DNA of 49,115 nt, taken from positions 329 through 49,443 of the forward strand of contig JBBIJB010000011.1 of assembly GCA_037446215.1 (NCBI GenBank), read 5' to 3'. The notes beneath the pieces are model-generated. The model saw nothing but the letters and a program-made list of their open reading frames with translations. It was not told the origin of the DNA and did not search any database. Shown here one piece after another: positions 26,433-37,547 of the stretch. The position numbers and the translations under genes are program-made. Positions within the stretch are counted from its first letter, which is position 1, and every line of letters starts with the position of its first letter. This stretch comes from Armatimonadota bacterium (GTDB lineage: Bacteria; Sysuimicrobiota; Sysuimicrobiia; Sysuimicrobiales; Humicultoraceae).

Positions 26433-26488
26433 GACGGGTGTTCGGGCCCCGGATCCCGGGGCTTCTCGCGTGTTGGAGGGATTCGCAG

Positions 26489-27142
26489 ATGGAGCGGGTA
26501 GGCTTGAAGGCCAAACTGAGGGATCGCGTCGGCAAGGGCGCGGCGCGCACGCTGAGGCGGAACGGCTTGGTGCCGGGGGTCCTCTATGGGCGCGGCCGCG
26601 ATCCCATGCCCCTGTCCGTGGAGGCGAGGGCCCTGCACGCCGCACTCCACACCCACGCGGGCCAGAACGTCCTGATCGACCTGGGGCTCGAGGGCGGCGA
26701 CGGCGAGACAGCCACGGTGATGGTGCGCGAGGTTCAGAGGGATATCTTCCGCCATCACGCGACCCACGTCGACTTCCACGCCATATCTCTCACCGAGACC
26801 ATCGAGACTCACGTCCCAATAGTCCTTATCGGCACATGCAGGGGCGTCTCGGAAGGCGGCATCCTCGAGTACCGTCTGCGAGAGGTCGTGGTCGAGTGCC
26901 TCCCAACGCAGATCCCCGAGCAGCTCGAGCTGGATGTCACCGATCTGGTGATCGGCCGGGCACTCCACGCGAGCGACCTTGTCGTCCCCGAGGGGGTGAC
27001 CCTCGTCACCCAGGTCGAGGATGTGCTCGTCACAGTGAGCGCGCCTAGGGTGCACGAGGAGGCCGCGGCTCCGGAGGCGGCCCAGGGCGTTCCCGCCGAG
27101 GCCGCTCCCGCCGAGGCAGAGGAGGCCCCGGAGGCCGGTTAG
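26489..27142 (+). CDS. ctc: 50S ribosomal protein L25 / general stress protein Ctc
   Basis: MERVGLKAKLRDRVGKGAARTLRRNGLVPGVLYG; 217 aa with Ala/Glu/Pro-rich tail. SD GGAGGG at 26474-26479. Confidence 0.9.
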   Translation: MERVGLKAKLRDRVGKGAARTLRRNGLVPGVLYGRGRDPMPLSVEARALHAALHTHAGQNVLIDLGLEGGDGETATVMVREVQRDIFRHHATHVDFHAISLTETIETHVPIVLIGTCRGVSEGGILEYRLREVVVECLPTQIPEQLELDVTDLVIGRALHASDLVVPEGVTLVTQVEDVLVTVSAPRVHEEAAAPEAAQGVPAEAAPAEAEEAPEAG

Positions 27143-27209
27143 GCATCACTCTCCCGCGGGCCGCTGGGCGGCGCGCGACGTTGTCGCCTGATGCAGCGCA
27201 CGGAGTCTC

Positions 27210-27787
27210 ATGCGCCTGATAGTCGGACTGGGCAACCCAGGACGCCGCTATCGCGGGACCCGGCACAACCTCGGCCGGGAGGTCGTTGACCTCCTCTCGT
27301 CCGCGCACCGCATACCCCTCTCCGAAGAGGAGGGGTGGTCGGAGATCGGGCGCGGGTCAATCGGCGGCCACCGCCTGCTGCTCGCGCGCCCGGGGACCTA
27401 CATGAACGTTGTGGGGACGGCGGTCGCAGATCTCCGGCGCCGCCACCGCCTCCGCGCCGACCAGATCCTTGTCGCAGTGGACGACCTCGATCTAGCGGTT
27501 GGCGCCGTCCGCATCCGGGAGTCAGGGGGCCACGGAGGCCACAACGGCCTCAGGTCGATCATCGACTCTCTCGCGACCACGCAGTTCGTTCGCCTCCGAC
27601 TCGGCATAGGACGGCCGCCCGAGGGCGTGGACCCGGCCGACTACGTCCTCGATCGCCCCACAGCCGAAGAGCGCACGCTGCTGGACGTCGCCGTGTCCCG
27701 CGCCGCCGAAGGGGCGGCGCTGTGGGCCGTAGGCGAGATCGAGGCGGCGATGCGGCTATGCAACCCCAGGCCCGCAGGAGAGAGCCC

Positions 27788-27791
<4 letters not shown>
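27210..27791 (+). CDS. pth: Peptidyl-tRNA hydrolase
   Basis: MRLIVGLGNPGRRYRGTRHNLG, GHGGHNGLRS; 193 aa. Confidence 0.95.
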
Positions 27792-28367
<576 letters not shown>

Positions 28368-28375
<8 letters not shown>

Positions 28376-29642
28376 GGGTAGGACTCCCGGCGCGCCCGCC
28401 GAGCCGGGGAGGGCGCGCACCGCTACCTTCGCTCCGCTGGCGCGCCGCGACTTCAGGCTGCTCTGGGGCGGCATGCTGGTCTCCCACGTCGGGTCGTGGA
28501 TGCAGTTCACCGCGCTCGGCTACTACATCGACGATCTCACCAGGGAGCCGATCTACCTCGGCCTGCTTGGGCTGAGCCAGGCGGTTCCGCGGCTGCTGTT
28601 TGCCTTCCTGGGGGGCGTGCTCGCGGACCGGGTAGACCGCCGCCGGCTGCTGCTGATCACCAACGGGGTGCTGATGGCGTCCGCGGCGGTTCTGACCGCC
28701 CTGGCCTTCTCCGGACGCCTGCAGGTCTGGCACATACTCTCGATCAGCGCCTTCAACTCGCTGGCGAACTCGTTCGACATGCCTGCCAGGCAGTCGATGG
28801 TTCCGCTGCTGGTGGGCGAGGGGCAGTTGATCTCGGCGGTCAGCCTGAACACGATGGCCTTCAACGGCTCCGGGATATTCGGCCCGTCGGTGGCCGGCGT
28901 GATAGTCGCGGCGGCCGGCGTGCCAGCCTGCTTCCTGGTGAATACGCTCTCCTACACGGCCGTCATAGCGGCCTTGGTGGCGATCAGGGTCCCTTCGACG
29001 AGGGCCGGCGGGCATGCTCCTGTCTCACGGGACATCGCGGAGGGCATAGGACTGCTCGCGCGCCACCGCCATCTCCTAGCGGTGCTGGGCATGGTCGCGG
29101 TAATGAACTTCTTCGGCCGCCCCTACATCCGCCTGATGCCCGCCCTGGCGCGCGAGGCGCTAGGGGTCGGGCCGACCGGCCTGGGCCTGCTCCAGGCGGC
29201 CCCGGCGCTGGGCACGGTGGCGGCGGTCTTCGTGATCGGAGCGATCGGGCAGACCAGCGCGAAGGGGAGGCTCCTCGCGGGCGCGGCGACCGCCACCGGC
29301 GCCGCCGTACTGCTGTTTGCCATGTCACCCCTGTTCGTCCTGTCGTTGGCGCTGCTCGTTCTGGTGGGCACGAGCCAGGCGGTGGCGATGGCCGCAGCCA
29401 ACACGGTGCTGCAGACGAGCGTGCAGCCCGAGCAGCGCGGTAGGATCATGGGAATCTACGGGATGGTCACGTTTGGGATGCTCACGCTGGGCACGCTGCC
29501 GATGGGAGCCCTCGCCGGAGCGATCGGCGTGGCGCCGTCTCTGGGTCTGGGCGGGATAGTCGTCATGCTGTGCGTGGGTCTGATAGTGGCGACGTCGCCC
29601 AGGCTGATCCGGCCGGACCCACGGCCGGTGCCGCCGGCCTAG
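28368..29642 (+). CDS. MFS transporter (MFS_3 / enterobactin-exporter-like), probable ATT start
   Basis: 12-TM-like profile. The conserved N-terminal FRLLWGG box is encoded at 28452-28472, upstream of the first ATG (28473). The frame opens at 28287. The only start-like codons are ATT 28368 (6 nt after AAGGAGG 28355-28361) and CTG 28437/28458 (no SD). Confidence 0.8.
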
Positions 29643-30040
29643 CGCGCCACGCCCCGGCGAAGGGATATCGTCACCTCGCGCGACCCCTGGCGCTCCTCCA
29701 CCGTGATCGCGTAGAACCTCTTCCTTGGGCTGTCGGCCAGATACCGCGAGTAGACCCTTCCCGAGCTCTTCGGGACCTCGCTCTCGAAGGCGGAGGTCGT
29801 TCCGGGAATCTTTGCCCTCTCGTAGAACTCCCTCACGCGCTCGTACTTCGCGACCACACGGAGCTCAACGTGGCTCCACTCCGAGCGCGGGAACCCGAAC
29901 GCCTCGCCCACGCGGGAGCTCCTCCCGACCAGGGTGGATCCGGGGAAGTAACGCAGCTCGCCAAGGGCTTCCCCGCGGCCGCAGGCCGCGACGGCCAGCG
30001 CGAGCACCAGTGAGATCGCGACCGCGATGAGCGTCCGCAC
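29639..30040 (-). CDS. Hypothetical lipoprotein
   Basis: GTG 30040 gives VRTLIAVAISLVLALAVAAC-GRGE (signal plus lipobox VAAC). 133 aa with coding-like composition (RYFPGSTLV.., EFYERAKIPG). No family recognised. Confidence 0.45.
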   Translation of the reverse strand: MRTLIAVAISLVLALAVAACGRGEALGELRYFPGSTLVGRSSRVGEAFGFPRSEWSHVELRVVAKYERVREFYERAKIPGTTSAFESEVPKSSGRVYSRYLADSPRKRFYAITVEERQGSREVTISLRRGVAR

Positions 30041-30264
30041 CGCGGCTACACCCGAGTGCCCCGGAGGAAGTCGGCCGTCCGCTCGCGGGTAATCGCTCCT
30101 GTCATCGCGAACTCCACCTCCACGGGACCACCCGCCCGCAGCGCCCGCAGGCGGCGCGCTAATTCTAGATCCGGCGGTACCCCGCGTCAAACCCCGGGCT
30201 CTCCGGGCCGCGGATGCCTAAGGGGCGGTACTCAGGCGGGCGTGGGGGAAGGGGTGAGTGGACG

Positions 30265-32991
30265 ATGCGACGGGTCAGGCTTGCCTTCTGGTTGACGGCC
30301 GCCCTTCTCTTCGTAGTGGGGCCGACCGCGGCGCGCTGGTACACCGACTGGCTCTGGTTCGGCGAGCTCGGCTACCTGCGTGTCTACTGGGTGCCGCTGC
30401 TGTCGCGGATCGCGGTCACCGCCGCGGTGGGCGCGGCTGTCTGGCTGCTGCTGGCGGTCAACATCCGTCCGTTGCTGCGAGCCGTCCGGACGACCCGCGT
30501 CATCGACATGAAGGAGAGCGGCGGCAGGTACAGGGCCTCTCTGCCCCGCTGGGGCTTGCTCTCAGCCGGGGCGTGGAACTGGGCCGCCGCTGGCGTGGCG
30601 CTGCTCGCCGGGCTATCCGCCTCGGGCGAGTGGGTGATGTTCCAGCAGTTCGTGCACGCCACGCCGTTCGGCGGCACCGACCCGATCTTCGGGCGTGACG
30701 TCGGCTTCTACGTCTTTCGCCTCCCGGTCTACCGCTTCGTCGCGGAAGGGCTGTTCACGTGGCTGGCCCTGATCACCGTCGGCGCCGCGGTCGCCTACGG
30801 CGCGATCCACGGGCACATGATGCTAAGGGGTCTGTGGATCGGCCCGGCCAACGTGCGTGCCCACCTCTCGTTGCTGCTGGGGTCGGCCGTGATCGTTCGG
30901 GGGGTCGGCTTCTGGCTCGACGCGTTCGAGATCCTCTACTCGCCGAGGGGTCCCGCCTTCGGCGCCTCGTTCACCGATGTCAACGCGGTGCTGCCCGCCC
31001 TTCGGATCCTGTCGGTGCTGTTCGTGATCTGCGGGCTGCTGCTGCTGGCCAACGCCCGGCTCAGGACCGCGCGGCTGGCTATCTGGAACGTCGCGCTGAT
31101 AGCGGTGGCGTGGGCAGTAGGGCTTGCTATCTACCCCGGGCTGGTGCAGGCGCTGCGAGTGCGCCCGAGCGAGCTGACCGCGGAGACCCCCTACATCCGC
31201 AACGCGATAGCCGGCACGCTTCGGGGGTTCGGCCTGGAGGCAGTCCGAGAGCGCGAGTTCCCCAACGCCCCGCTGGACGCGGCGGCGATCTCCCGGAACA
31301 CCGCCACAATGCAGAACGTCCGGCTCTGGGACTACCGCCCTCTCCAGCTGGCGTTTGGGCAGCTGCAGACCCTCAGACCCTACTACGCCTTCCAGGACGT
31401 GGACATCGACCGCTACGTCTTGGACGGCAGCCAGCGTCAGGTGATGCTCTCGGCCCGCGAGATCGCGCCCGGGAGGCTGGCGCCCCAGGCCCGAACCTGG
31501 GTCAACGAGCACCTAGTCTACACCCACGGGTACGGCCTGGTGATGGCGCCCGTCAACCGCGTCTCCGAGGAGGGGATGCCCGAGTTCCTGATCAGGGACA
31601 TCCCTCCGCAGGCGGCCCAGGGGTTGGCCGTGAGCCGACCCGAGATATACTACGGTGAGCTCACGGGCAACTACGTGATAGTCAACACTGCCGTCCGCGA
31701 GCTCGACTACCCGCAGGGGGACGAGAACGTCTACACGCGCTACGCCGGGCGCGGTGGGATCCGCCTCGGGTATCTCGCGCGGCTGGGCTTGGCCTACCGT
31801 TTCGGCGACCTTCGGCTGGCGATCTCGACCGATATCGGCAGGGACAGCCGGCTGCTGTTCGAGCGGCAGATTACGAAGCGCGTACTGAAGATCGCGCCGT
31901 TCCTGCGGCTGGATCGCGACCCCTACCTGGTACTGGCCGACGGCCGCCTGGTCTGGGTGATAGACGCCTACACGGCCACCGACCGGTTCCCGTACTCCAC
32001 CAGGTACGGGGGGATCAGCTACATTCGCAACAGCGTCAAGGTTGTCGTGGACGCCTATGACGGCGCGGTCTCGTTCTACACGGTCCTGCCGGACGAGCCG
32101 ATAGCGCGTACGCTCTCTCGGATCTTCCCGGAGCTGTTCCGGCCGATCGAGCAGATGCCCGCCGCCGTTCGGGCGCACCTTCGCTACCCGGTCGACCTGT
32201 TCGAGATCCAGGCGCAGGTCTACTCGACCTTCCACATGCGCGACCCCCAGGTCTTCTACAACCGCGAGGATGTCTGGGCGACGCCGCGTGAGGTAATCGG
32301 CAGGGAGCCGGTGGCGGTCGAGCCCTACTACGTCACGATGCGTCTGGCAGAAGGGTCTGCTCCGGAGTTCATCCTGATGCTCCCGCTGGTGCCCGCCGGC
32401 AGGGACAACATGATCGCCTGGATGGCCGCCCGGAACGACCCACCGCACTACGGCGAGCTCGTGGTCTACAGGTTTCCCAAGGCGAGGATCATATTCGGCC
32501 CGATGCAGGTCGAGGCCCGGATAGACCAGGACCCCGTGATATCACAGCAGCTGACGCTGTGGAACCAGTTGGGCTCCCAGGTGATACGGGGCAACCTCCT
32601 GGTGATCCCGATCGAGGACGGGCTGCTCTACGTGGAGCCGCTCTTCCTGCAGGCCGAGCGGAGCCAGCTGCCCGAGCTCAAGCGGGTGATAGTGGCGAGC
32701 GGGCCGCGGATCGTGATGGCGCCCACGCTGGAGGGAGCCCTCGGCGGGCTGTTCGGAGGCCGGGCGGTTGAGGCTGCCCCGCCGCCCACCCCGCGTCCCG
32801 GCGCCGAGCCCTCCGTGCCCGCAGCTCCGGGGACTCCGGAGCAGGTGGCGGCGCTGGTAGACCAGGCGCTCCAGACCTACCGTGCGGCGCAAGAGCGTCT
32901 ACGCGCCGGCGACCTCGCGGGCTACGGCCGTGAGATAGAGCGGCTGGGCCAGACGCTCGAGCGGCTCCGGGAGGCCTCGCGCCAGAGATAG
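30265..32991 (+). CDS. UPF0182 family large membrane protein
   Basis: MRRVRLAFWLTAALLFVVGPTAARWYTDWLWFGELGYLRVYW is the characteristic UPF0182 N-terminus. About 7 N-terminal TM helices then a large soluble region, 908 aa. ATG 30265 preferred over the track start 30214. Confidence 0.85.
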   Translation: MRRVRLAFWLTAALLFVVGPTAARWYTDWLWFGELGYLRVYWVPLLSRIAVTAAVGAAVWLLLAVNIRPLLRAVRTTRVIDMKESGGRYRASLPRWGLLSAGAWNWAAAGVALLAGLSASGEWVMFQQFVHATPFGGTDPIFGRDVGFYVFRLPVYRFVAEGLFTWLALITVGAAVAYGAIHGHMMLRGLWIGPANVRAHLSLLLGSAVIVRGVGFWLDAFEILYSPRGPAFGASFTDVNAVLPALRILSVLFVICGLLLLANARLRTARLAIWNVALIAVAWAVGLAIYPGLVQALRVRPSELTAETPYIRNAIAGTLRGFGLEAVREREFPNAPLDAAAISRNTATMQNVRLWDYRPLQLAFGQLQTLRPYYAFQDVDIDRYVLDGSQRQVMLSAREIAPGRLAPQARTWVNEHLVYTHGYGLVMAPVNRVSEEGMPEFLIRDIPPQAAQGLAVSRPEIYYGELTGNYVIVNTAVRELDYPQGDENVYTRYAGRGGIRLGYLARLGLAYRFGDLRLAISTDIGRDSRLLFERQITKRVLKIAPFLRLDRDPYLVLADGRLVWVIDAYTATDRFPYSTRYGGISYIRNSVKVVVDAYDGAVSFYTVLPDEPIARTLSRIFPELFRPIEQMPAAVRAHLRYPVDLFEIQAQVYSTFHMRDPQVFYNREDVWATPREVIGREPVAVEPYYVTMRLAEGSAPEFILMLPLVPAGRDNMIAWMAARNDPPHYGELVVYRFPKARIIFGPMQVEARIDQDPVISQQLTLWNQLGSQVIRGNLLVIPIEDGLLYVEPLFLQAERSQLPELKRVIVASGPRIVMAPTLEGALGGLFGGRAVEAAPPPTPRPGAEPSVPAAPGTPEQVAALVDQALQTYRAAQERLRAGDLAGYGREIERLGQTLERLREASRQR

Positions 32992-33010
32992 GAGCCGGTA
33001 GCGCCGTCCC

Positions 33011-34120
33011 CTAGGCGGAGAAGCGGGCGACCCTCACCGTGTGGCGCTCCACGCGGTCGGGCATCACCCGCACTCCGAGGCCCGCCCCGGTGGGAACCGT
33101 TATTGTCCCGTCGGCGTTCAGCACGACCGGGGGATCGATGATGTCCTCCTCGAAGTAGCGGTCGCTGGCCGAGAGGTCCCCTGGCAGGGCGAAGTTCGGG
33201 AGCGAGGCGACCGCGAGGTTGGCCGCCCTGCCGATGCCCGTCTCCAGCATCCCGCCGCACCAGACCGGCACGCCGTTCTCCCTGCAGAGGTCGTGGATCG
33301 CGACGGCGGCGGAGAGCCCGCCGACCCGGGCCGGCTTTATATTGACCACCCGGCACGAGCCCAGTTCGAGCGCCGCCCGCGCCGCCCGCTCGTGGACGAT
33401 CGACTCGTCCAGGCAGATCGGGGTGCGTAGCTGCGCCTGCAGCTTCGCGTGATCGACCAGGTCGTCCTCGGCCAGCGGCTGTTCGATCAGGAGCAGGTCG
33501 AACTTGTCCATCTCCTTGAACAGGGGCGCGTCGGCCAGGGAGTAGGCCGAGTTGGCGTCCACCTGCAGCATGATGTCGCCAAACTGCTCCCGAATCCTCC
33601 GGACCGGCTCCAGATCCCATCCCGGCTTGATCTTGACCTTGATGCGCCGGTAGCCGCGCCCGAGGAAGTCGGCCACGCGGGCCAGCAGTTCGTCCACCGT
33701 CGCCTCTATCCCGAGGCTGACCCCGACCGGGATCCGGCCGCGGTCGCTGCCCAGGACGTGCGCCAGCGATCTCCCCTGGCGCTGCGCCTCCAGGTCCCAC
33801 AGCGCCGCCTCCAGCCCTGCCTTCGCCATGTGGTTGCGGCGGATGTGCTCCACGCTCGCGGCGAAAGCCTCGGGAGCCGGTGCGTCACGCCCTACCAGCG
33901 GCGGGATGAGGAAGTCGTGGAGGACCGACCACGCCGTGTCCGTTGTCTCCTCGTTGTAGAGGGGCGCCCTGCTCACCGGTGCCTCGCCCCATCCCTCGAG
34001 CCCGCCCGCCCGGATCCGGAGCAGCAGGCACGCCCTGATCTCCTCTCGGCCGAACGAGGTCTCAAACGGCGCCCTCAGCGCCATCTCGATGTGTCGAAGC
34101 TCGACGCTCTCTATTCGCAT
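33011..34120 (-). CDS. Enolase-superfamily o-succinylbenzoate synthase / N-succinylamino-acid racemase (NSAR/OSBS subfamily)
   Basis: MRIESVELRHIEMALRAPFETSFG. Catalytic blocks KxK (RRIKVKIKPG), metal ligands QVDANSAY / IEQPL / LDES, second Lys NIKPARVGG. ATG 34120 behind GGGTGGAGGAG. Confidence 0.85.
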   Translation of the reverse strand: MRIESVELRHIEMALRAPFETSFGREEIRACLLLRIRAGGLEGWGEAPVSRAPLYNEETTDTAWSVLHDFLIPPLVGRDAPAPEAFAASVEHIRRNHMAKAGLEAALWDLEAQRQGRSLAHVLGSDRGRIPVGVSLGIEATVDELLARVADFLGRGYRRIKVKIKPGWDLEPVRRIREQFGDIMLQVDANSAYSLADAPLFKEMDKFDLLLIEQPLAEDDLVDHAKLQAQLRTPICLDESIVHERAARAALELGSCRVVNIKPARVGGLSAAVAIHDLCRENGVPVWCGGMLETGIGRAANLAVASLPNFALPGDLSASDRYFEEDIIDPPVVLNADGTITVPTGAGLGVRVMPDRVERHTVRVARFSA

Positions 34121-34980
34121 GGCTCCTCCACCCTCTGCTGTTCTCCCGGCCCGACAAGGACGTACTCGCCCTTCGGTCGGTCGCCCGCACGGAACAGGAA
34201 GTCCACCGCGTGGTAGCCGCGTTCGAAGTAGTGCAGGAACGCCTCCCGACTGGCGGCTCTCCACGCCCGAGCGAGCCCCATGTCATGCGCCCGGATCGCG
34301 GTGAACTCCGTCGGGACCTCGATCAGGACAACCGGTGCCTCCAGCCCGAGAGCCGGATCGGCCGGGGCCACCGCGTGAGGGCTTGGGCGATCATTCCCGG
34401 GCACGGCCTCCAGAGCTCGCCCGGCTCCGGCCGTGGAGTGCTCGTCAGGCATTCCCGACACGGCGGCCTGGACCCGGCGCGAGCAGAGCGCCCAGTCGAC
34501 CTCGAGGCGGTCGCTGTCGATGCCGCGGTTGATCTCGTCGGGCATCTCACCGTAGTAGTTCACGTAGTAGCGCCGCGCGGTGGTGCCCAGCTTGCGCATG
34601 TTGAAGCGGGCGTTGATGCTCTGCAGGGGGTCGTAGGTCCAGACGGCGTGGTCGAAGCCCATCGCTATCGCGGCGTCGCGCTGCGCGCACTTCAGCCTGA
34701 ACCCCACCTCCTGAAGCTGCCTTCCGCCGACCACCCCTGCCATGTGCGAGTGGAAGAGCGGCCGCCCCTCGCGCCACCCCGCGAACCCATAGCAGAACCC
34801 GACCAGGGCGCCGTCCCGGTCGAAGGCGCCGATGACAGAGCCGCCCGCGCCCGCCGCCGCCAGCATCTGGTGGGCCGGGACCACGTCGTACTCGGGCATC
34901 CCCCAGATCTCCATCTGGAGGCGCTCCAGCCGCTTCATGGTCTCGACGTCCTCTACGACCCTGATCGCTATCTCCGACAT
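34111..34980 (-). CDS. GNAT-fold acyltransferase of the COG3375 type (candidate amino-acid N-succinyl/acetyltransferase)
   Basis: Blocks FHSHMAGVVGGRQLQEVGFRLKCAQRD, WTYDPLQSINARFNMRKLG, YYVNYYG, SDRLEVDW. 10-nt overlap with the downstream NSAR/OSBS start. ATG 34980 behind GGGAGCAGGG. Confidence 0.7.
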   Translation of the reverse strand: MSEIAIRVVEDVETMKRLERLQMEIWGMPEYDVVPAHQMLAAAGAGGSVIGAFDRDGALVGFCYGFAGWREGRPLFHSHMAGVVGGRQLQEVGFRLKCAQRDAAIAMGFDHAVWTYDPLQSINARFNMRKLGTTARRYYVNYYGEMPDEINRGIDSDRLEVDWALCSRRVQAAVSGMPDEHSTAGAGRALEAVPGNDRPSPHAVAPADPALGLEAPVVLIEVPTEFTAIRAHDMGLARAWRAASREAFLHYFERGYHAVDFLFRAGDRPKGEYVLVGPGEQQRVEEPCE

Positions 34981-35178
34981 ACCCTGCTCCCAACGATGCT
35001 TCAATAGAGGTACGGGGGGAGCCGTCCGACTTCCTGCGGGCTGAAGGTCACTCGGTCGGCAGAATCCCTACGGCGGTGAGGTGGGGCCGTGGGTGCCCCT
35101 CTCGGCACCGGCCCGATGCACGACCCGGGCAGCGGCGCTCACGCGCCGAACGAGAACGTCCTCGCGGGGCTGCCCTGA

Positions 35179-36570
35179 CTAGCCGGCTTCAAGCATCCGG
35201 TCGCGCAGCTCAGAGAGGAGCGGGCTCAGCGCGACCGGATAGACCATCGCGTTGTCCAGGTGCTGGAGCTCCTCGGGCAGCGCGCCGAGGCGCTCCGTAC
35301 ACCTCTGCCGGATCTGCGGCAGCGCCTCGGTGCGGGTCCTCACGCCGCCCTCCATGACAGGGACCAGGAGGGGTTCTCTACCGGCCGGCGCCGGCTCGTC
35401 CAGGAGGGCGATCAGGTCGTCGGTCGGGCAGCCGTGCGAGTCCTTGCGCCGCCACACCTGCTTTCGGCCGGGCAGCGTGGCCTTCCCCGTGCTGGTCTTC
35501 ATCCGGTAGCCCTTCTCGTCCTCGACCAGCTTGTACACGCCTCCCATGCTCGGGACGTCGTAGGAGGTCCCCAGCTCGGTTCCTATCCCGAATGCATCCA
35601 CAGCCGCTCCCTGCGCCAGCAACTGGGCGACCTTGTGCTCGTTGAGGTCGCCGCTCAGCAGGATCTGCACGTCACGGAACCCCGCGTCGTCGAGAGCCTC
35701 CCTGGCGGCCCTGCTGTCAGCCACCAGGTCCCCGCTGTCGATCCGGATCCCGCGGAGCCGCGTCTCCGTGCCCGCCAGCTCTTCGGCGACCGTTATCGCG
35801 TTGGCCACGCCCCGCGCCGTGTCGTAGGTGTCCACCAGCAGCACCGAGCTCGCGGGGAAGTCCCGGGCGAAGGCGCGGAAGGCGCTGAGTTCGTCCGAGA
35901 ACGACATCACGTACGAGTGGGCCATCGTGCCCACCACCGGTATGCCGTAGACCATGCCCGCGAGCACGTTGGAGGTGGCCGTGCAGCCCGCTATGTACGC
36001 AGCCCTCGCCGCCTTCAACGCGGCGTCGGCGCCGTGGTCGCGCCGGGGCGAGAAGTCGACCACCCCGCGCCCCCGCGCCGCCAGGACAGCCCTCGCCGCC
36101 TTGCTCGCCACCATCACCTGGAAGTTGACCGCGTTCAGCAGGAACGTCTCCACGATCTGCGCCTCTATCCGGGGGCCGCTGACCTCCAGCAGCGGCTCGG
36201 GCGCGAAGAACACCTCGCCCTCGGGGATCGCCCTCACGTCCCCGGTGAACCTGAAGCCGCCCAGGTAGTCGAGGAACTCGTCGCTGAACAGGCGCAGGCC
36301 GCGCAGGTAGCCCAACGCCTCCGCGCCGAACCTCAGCTCCTCCAGATAGGAGAGCGCGGTGTCCAGCCCCGCGCTCACGAGAAATGTCCTTCCCGGAGGA
36401 AGCGAGCGGACGAACAGCGCGAAGGTCGCACGCTCGTTCATGCCGTGGCGTAGGTAGCTGTCGGCCATGGCTAGCTCGTAGAGGTCCACCAGCAGGGCGA
36501 TGTTGCCGGGCGTTATGTAGCCGAAGCCGGCTTCTCTTGTGCCTACGCCGCCCTGATCCTCTAGAGCCAT
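35179..36570 (-). CDS. pncB: Nicotinate phosphoribosyltransferase
   Basis: ALLVDLYELAMADSYLRHGM, GTMAHSYVMSF, IRIDSGD; 463 aa. ATG 36570 overlaps the corA stop by 10 nt. Confidence 0.9.
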   Translation of the reverse strand: MALEDQGGVGTREAGFGYITPGNIALLVDLYELAMADSYLRHGMNERATFALFVRSLPPGRTFLVSAGLDTALSYLEELRFGAEALGYLRGLRLFSDEFLDYLGGFRFTGDVRAIPEGEVFFAPEPLLEVSGPRIEAQIVETFLLNAVNFQVMVASKAARAVLAARGRGVVDFSPRRDHGADAALKAARAAYIAGCTATSNVLAGMVYGIPVVGTMAHSYVMSFSDELSAFRAFARDFPASSVLLVDTYDTARGVANAITVAEELAGTETRLRGIRIDSGDLVADSRAAREALDDAGFRDVQILLSGDLNEHKVAQLLAQGAAVDAFGIGTELGTSYDVPSMGGVYKLVEDEKGYRMKTSTGKATLPGRKQVWRRKDSHGCPTDDLIALLDEPAPAGREPLLVPVMEGGVRTRTEALPQIRQRCTERLGALPEELQHLDNAMVYPVALSPLLSELRDRMLEAG

Positions 36571-37547
36571 CTCTGCCGCCTGAACAGGACCACCATAACG
36601 GCGACGCTCGCCGCCATCGTTCCGAGGACCGCGGCGAAGCCGTAGCGCCAGGCAAACGGTGGGAGGGCCCTCTCGAAGTTCATCCCGTAAATGCCCGTGA
36701 TCACGGCCAGCGACGCGAAGACCGCCGTGATCATGGTCAACACCTTCATGACCTCGCTCAGCCGGTTGCTCGCCATCCCAACGTAGATGTCCAGGGCCCC
36801 GGCCAGGAGGTCCCTGTGGGTGTCTATCTGATCGGTTATCCGCAGCAGGTGGTCGTAGATGTCGCGGAAGTAGGCCCCGAGTGCCTGATCGATCAGCCGG
36901 GTCTGGTGGCGCGCCAGCAGGTTGATCATGTCCCGCTGGGGGGCCGCCACGCGGCGCAGGTGGAGCAGCGCGCGCCTGGAGGCGAACAGCCGATCCAGCG
37001 TCCGCGGGGCCGGGTGGCGGAAGAGGGAGTCCTCGAGGCGCTCGGTGTAGTCGTCGAGCGCATCCAGCACCGGGAAGTAGGAGTCCACCACCGCGTCCAG
37101 TACCGCGTACAGCGCGTACCCCGGCGAGGATCGCAGTTGCGGGGAGGAGTTCATTACCCTTCGGCGGGCGTCGTCGACAGCATGCGCTGCCCCGCCGTGC
37201 GAAGTTATCAGGAACCCTTCACCGAAGAAGATGTCTATCTCGTCCAGGGCGACGTCGTGCCCTCCCGCCCCCCGGAGCCGAGCGGCATGCGTGGAGATGA
37301 ACAGGTGCCGGTCGTACTCCTCGGCCTTGGGCCGCTGGCTGCGCTTCAGCGCGTCTTCCACCGCCAGGGGGTGGAGGCCGAAGGCCTCTGCCAGGTGGGC
37401 GAGCGCTTCCGGCGTCGGCCCGAGGATGTCGACCCAGAGCGCCTCTCCGGGGCGCGCCCTGAAGTCCTCCAGCGACTCCAAGGAAGCCTCGACTACCTCG
37501 GGCCCCCGGAAGGCCAAGACCTTTGTGGTGGGGCGTTGCGCGGGCAC
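36561..37547 (-). CDS. corA: Magnesium/cobalt transporter CorA
   Basis: LWVDILGPT..LHPLAVEDAL N-domain, YGMNF (GMN) motif and two C-terminal TM helices. Start is uncertain: the track ATG 37706 would leave 14 nt to divergent aor and run through the AT-richer 37600-37720 region. In-frame GTG 37547 gives 328 aa but has no clear SD. Confidence 0.8.
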   Translation of the reverse strand: MPAQRPTTKVLAFRGPEVVEASLESLEDFRARPGEALWVDILGPTPEALAHLAEAFGLHPLAVEDALKRSQRPKAEEYDRHLFISTHAARLRGAGGHDVALDEIDIFFGEGFLITSHGGAAHAVDDARRRVMNSSPQLRSSPGYALYAVLDAVVDSYFPVLDALDDYTERLEDSLFRHPAPRTLDRLFASRRALLHLRRVAAPQRDMINLLARHQTRLIDQALGAYFRDIYDHLLRITDQIDTHRDLLAGALDIYVGMASNRLSEVMKVLTMITAVFASLAVITGIYGMNFERALPPFAWRYGFAAVLGTMAASVAVMVVLFRRQRWL

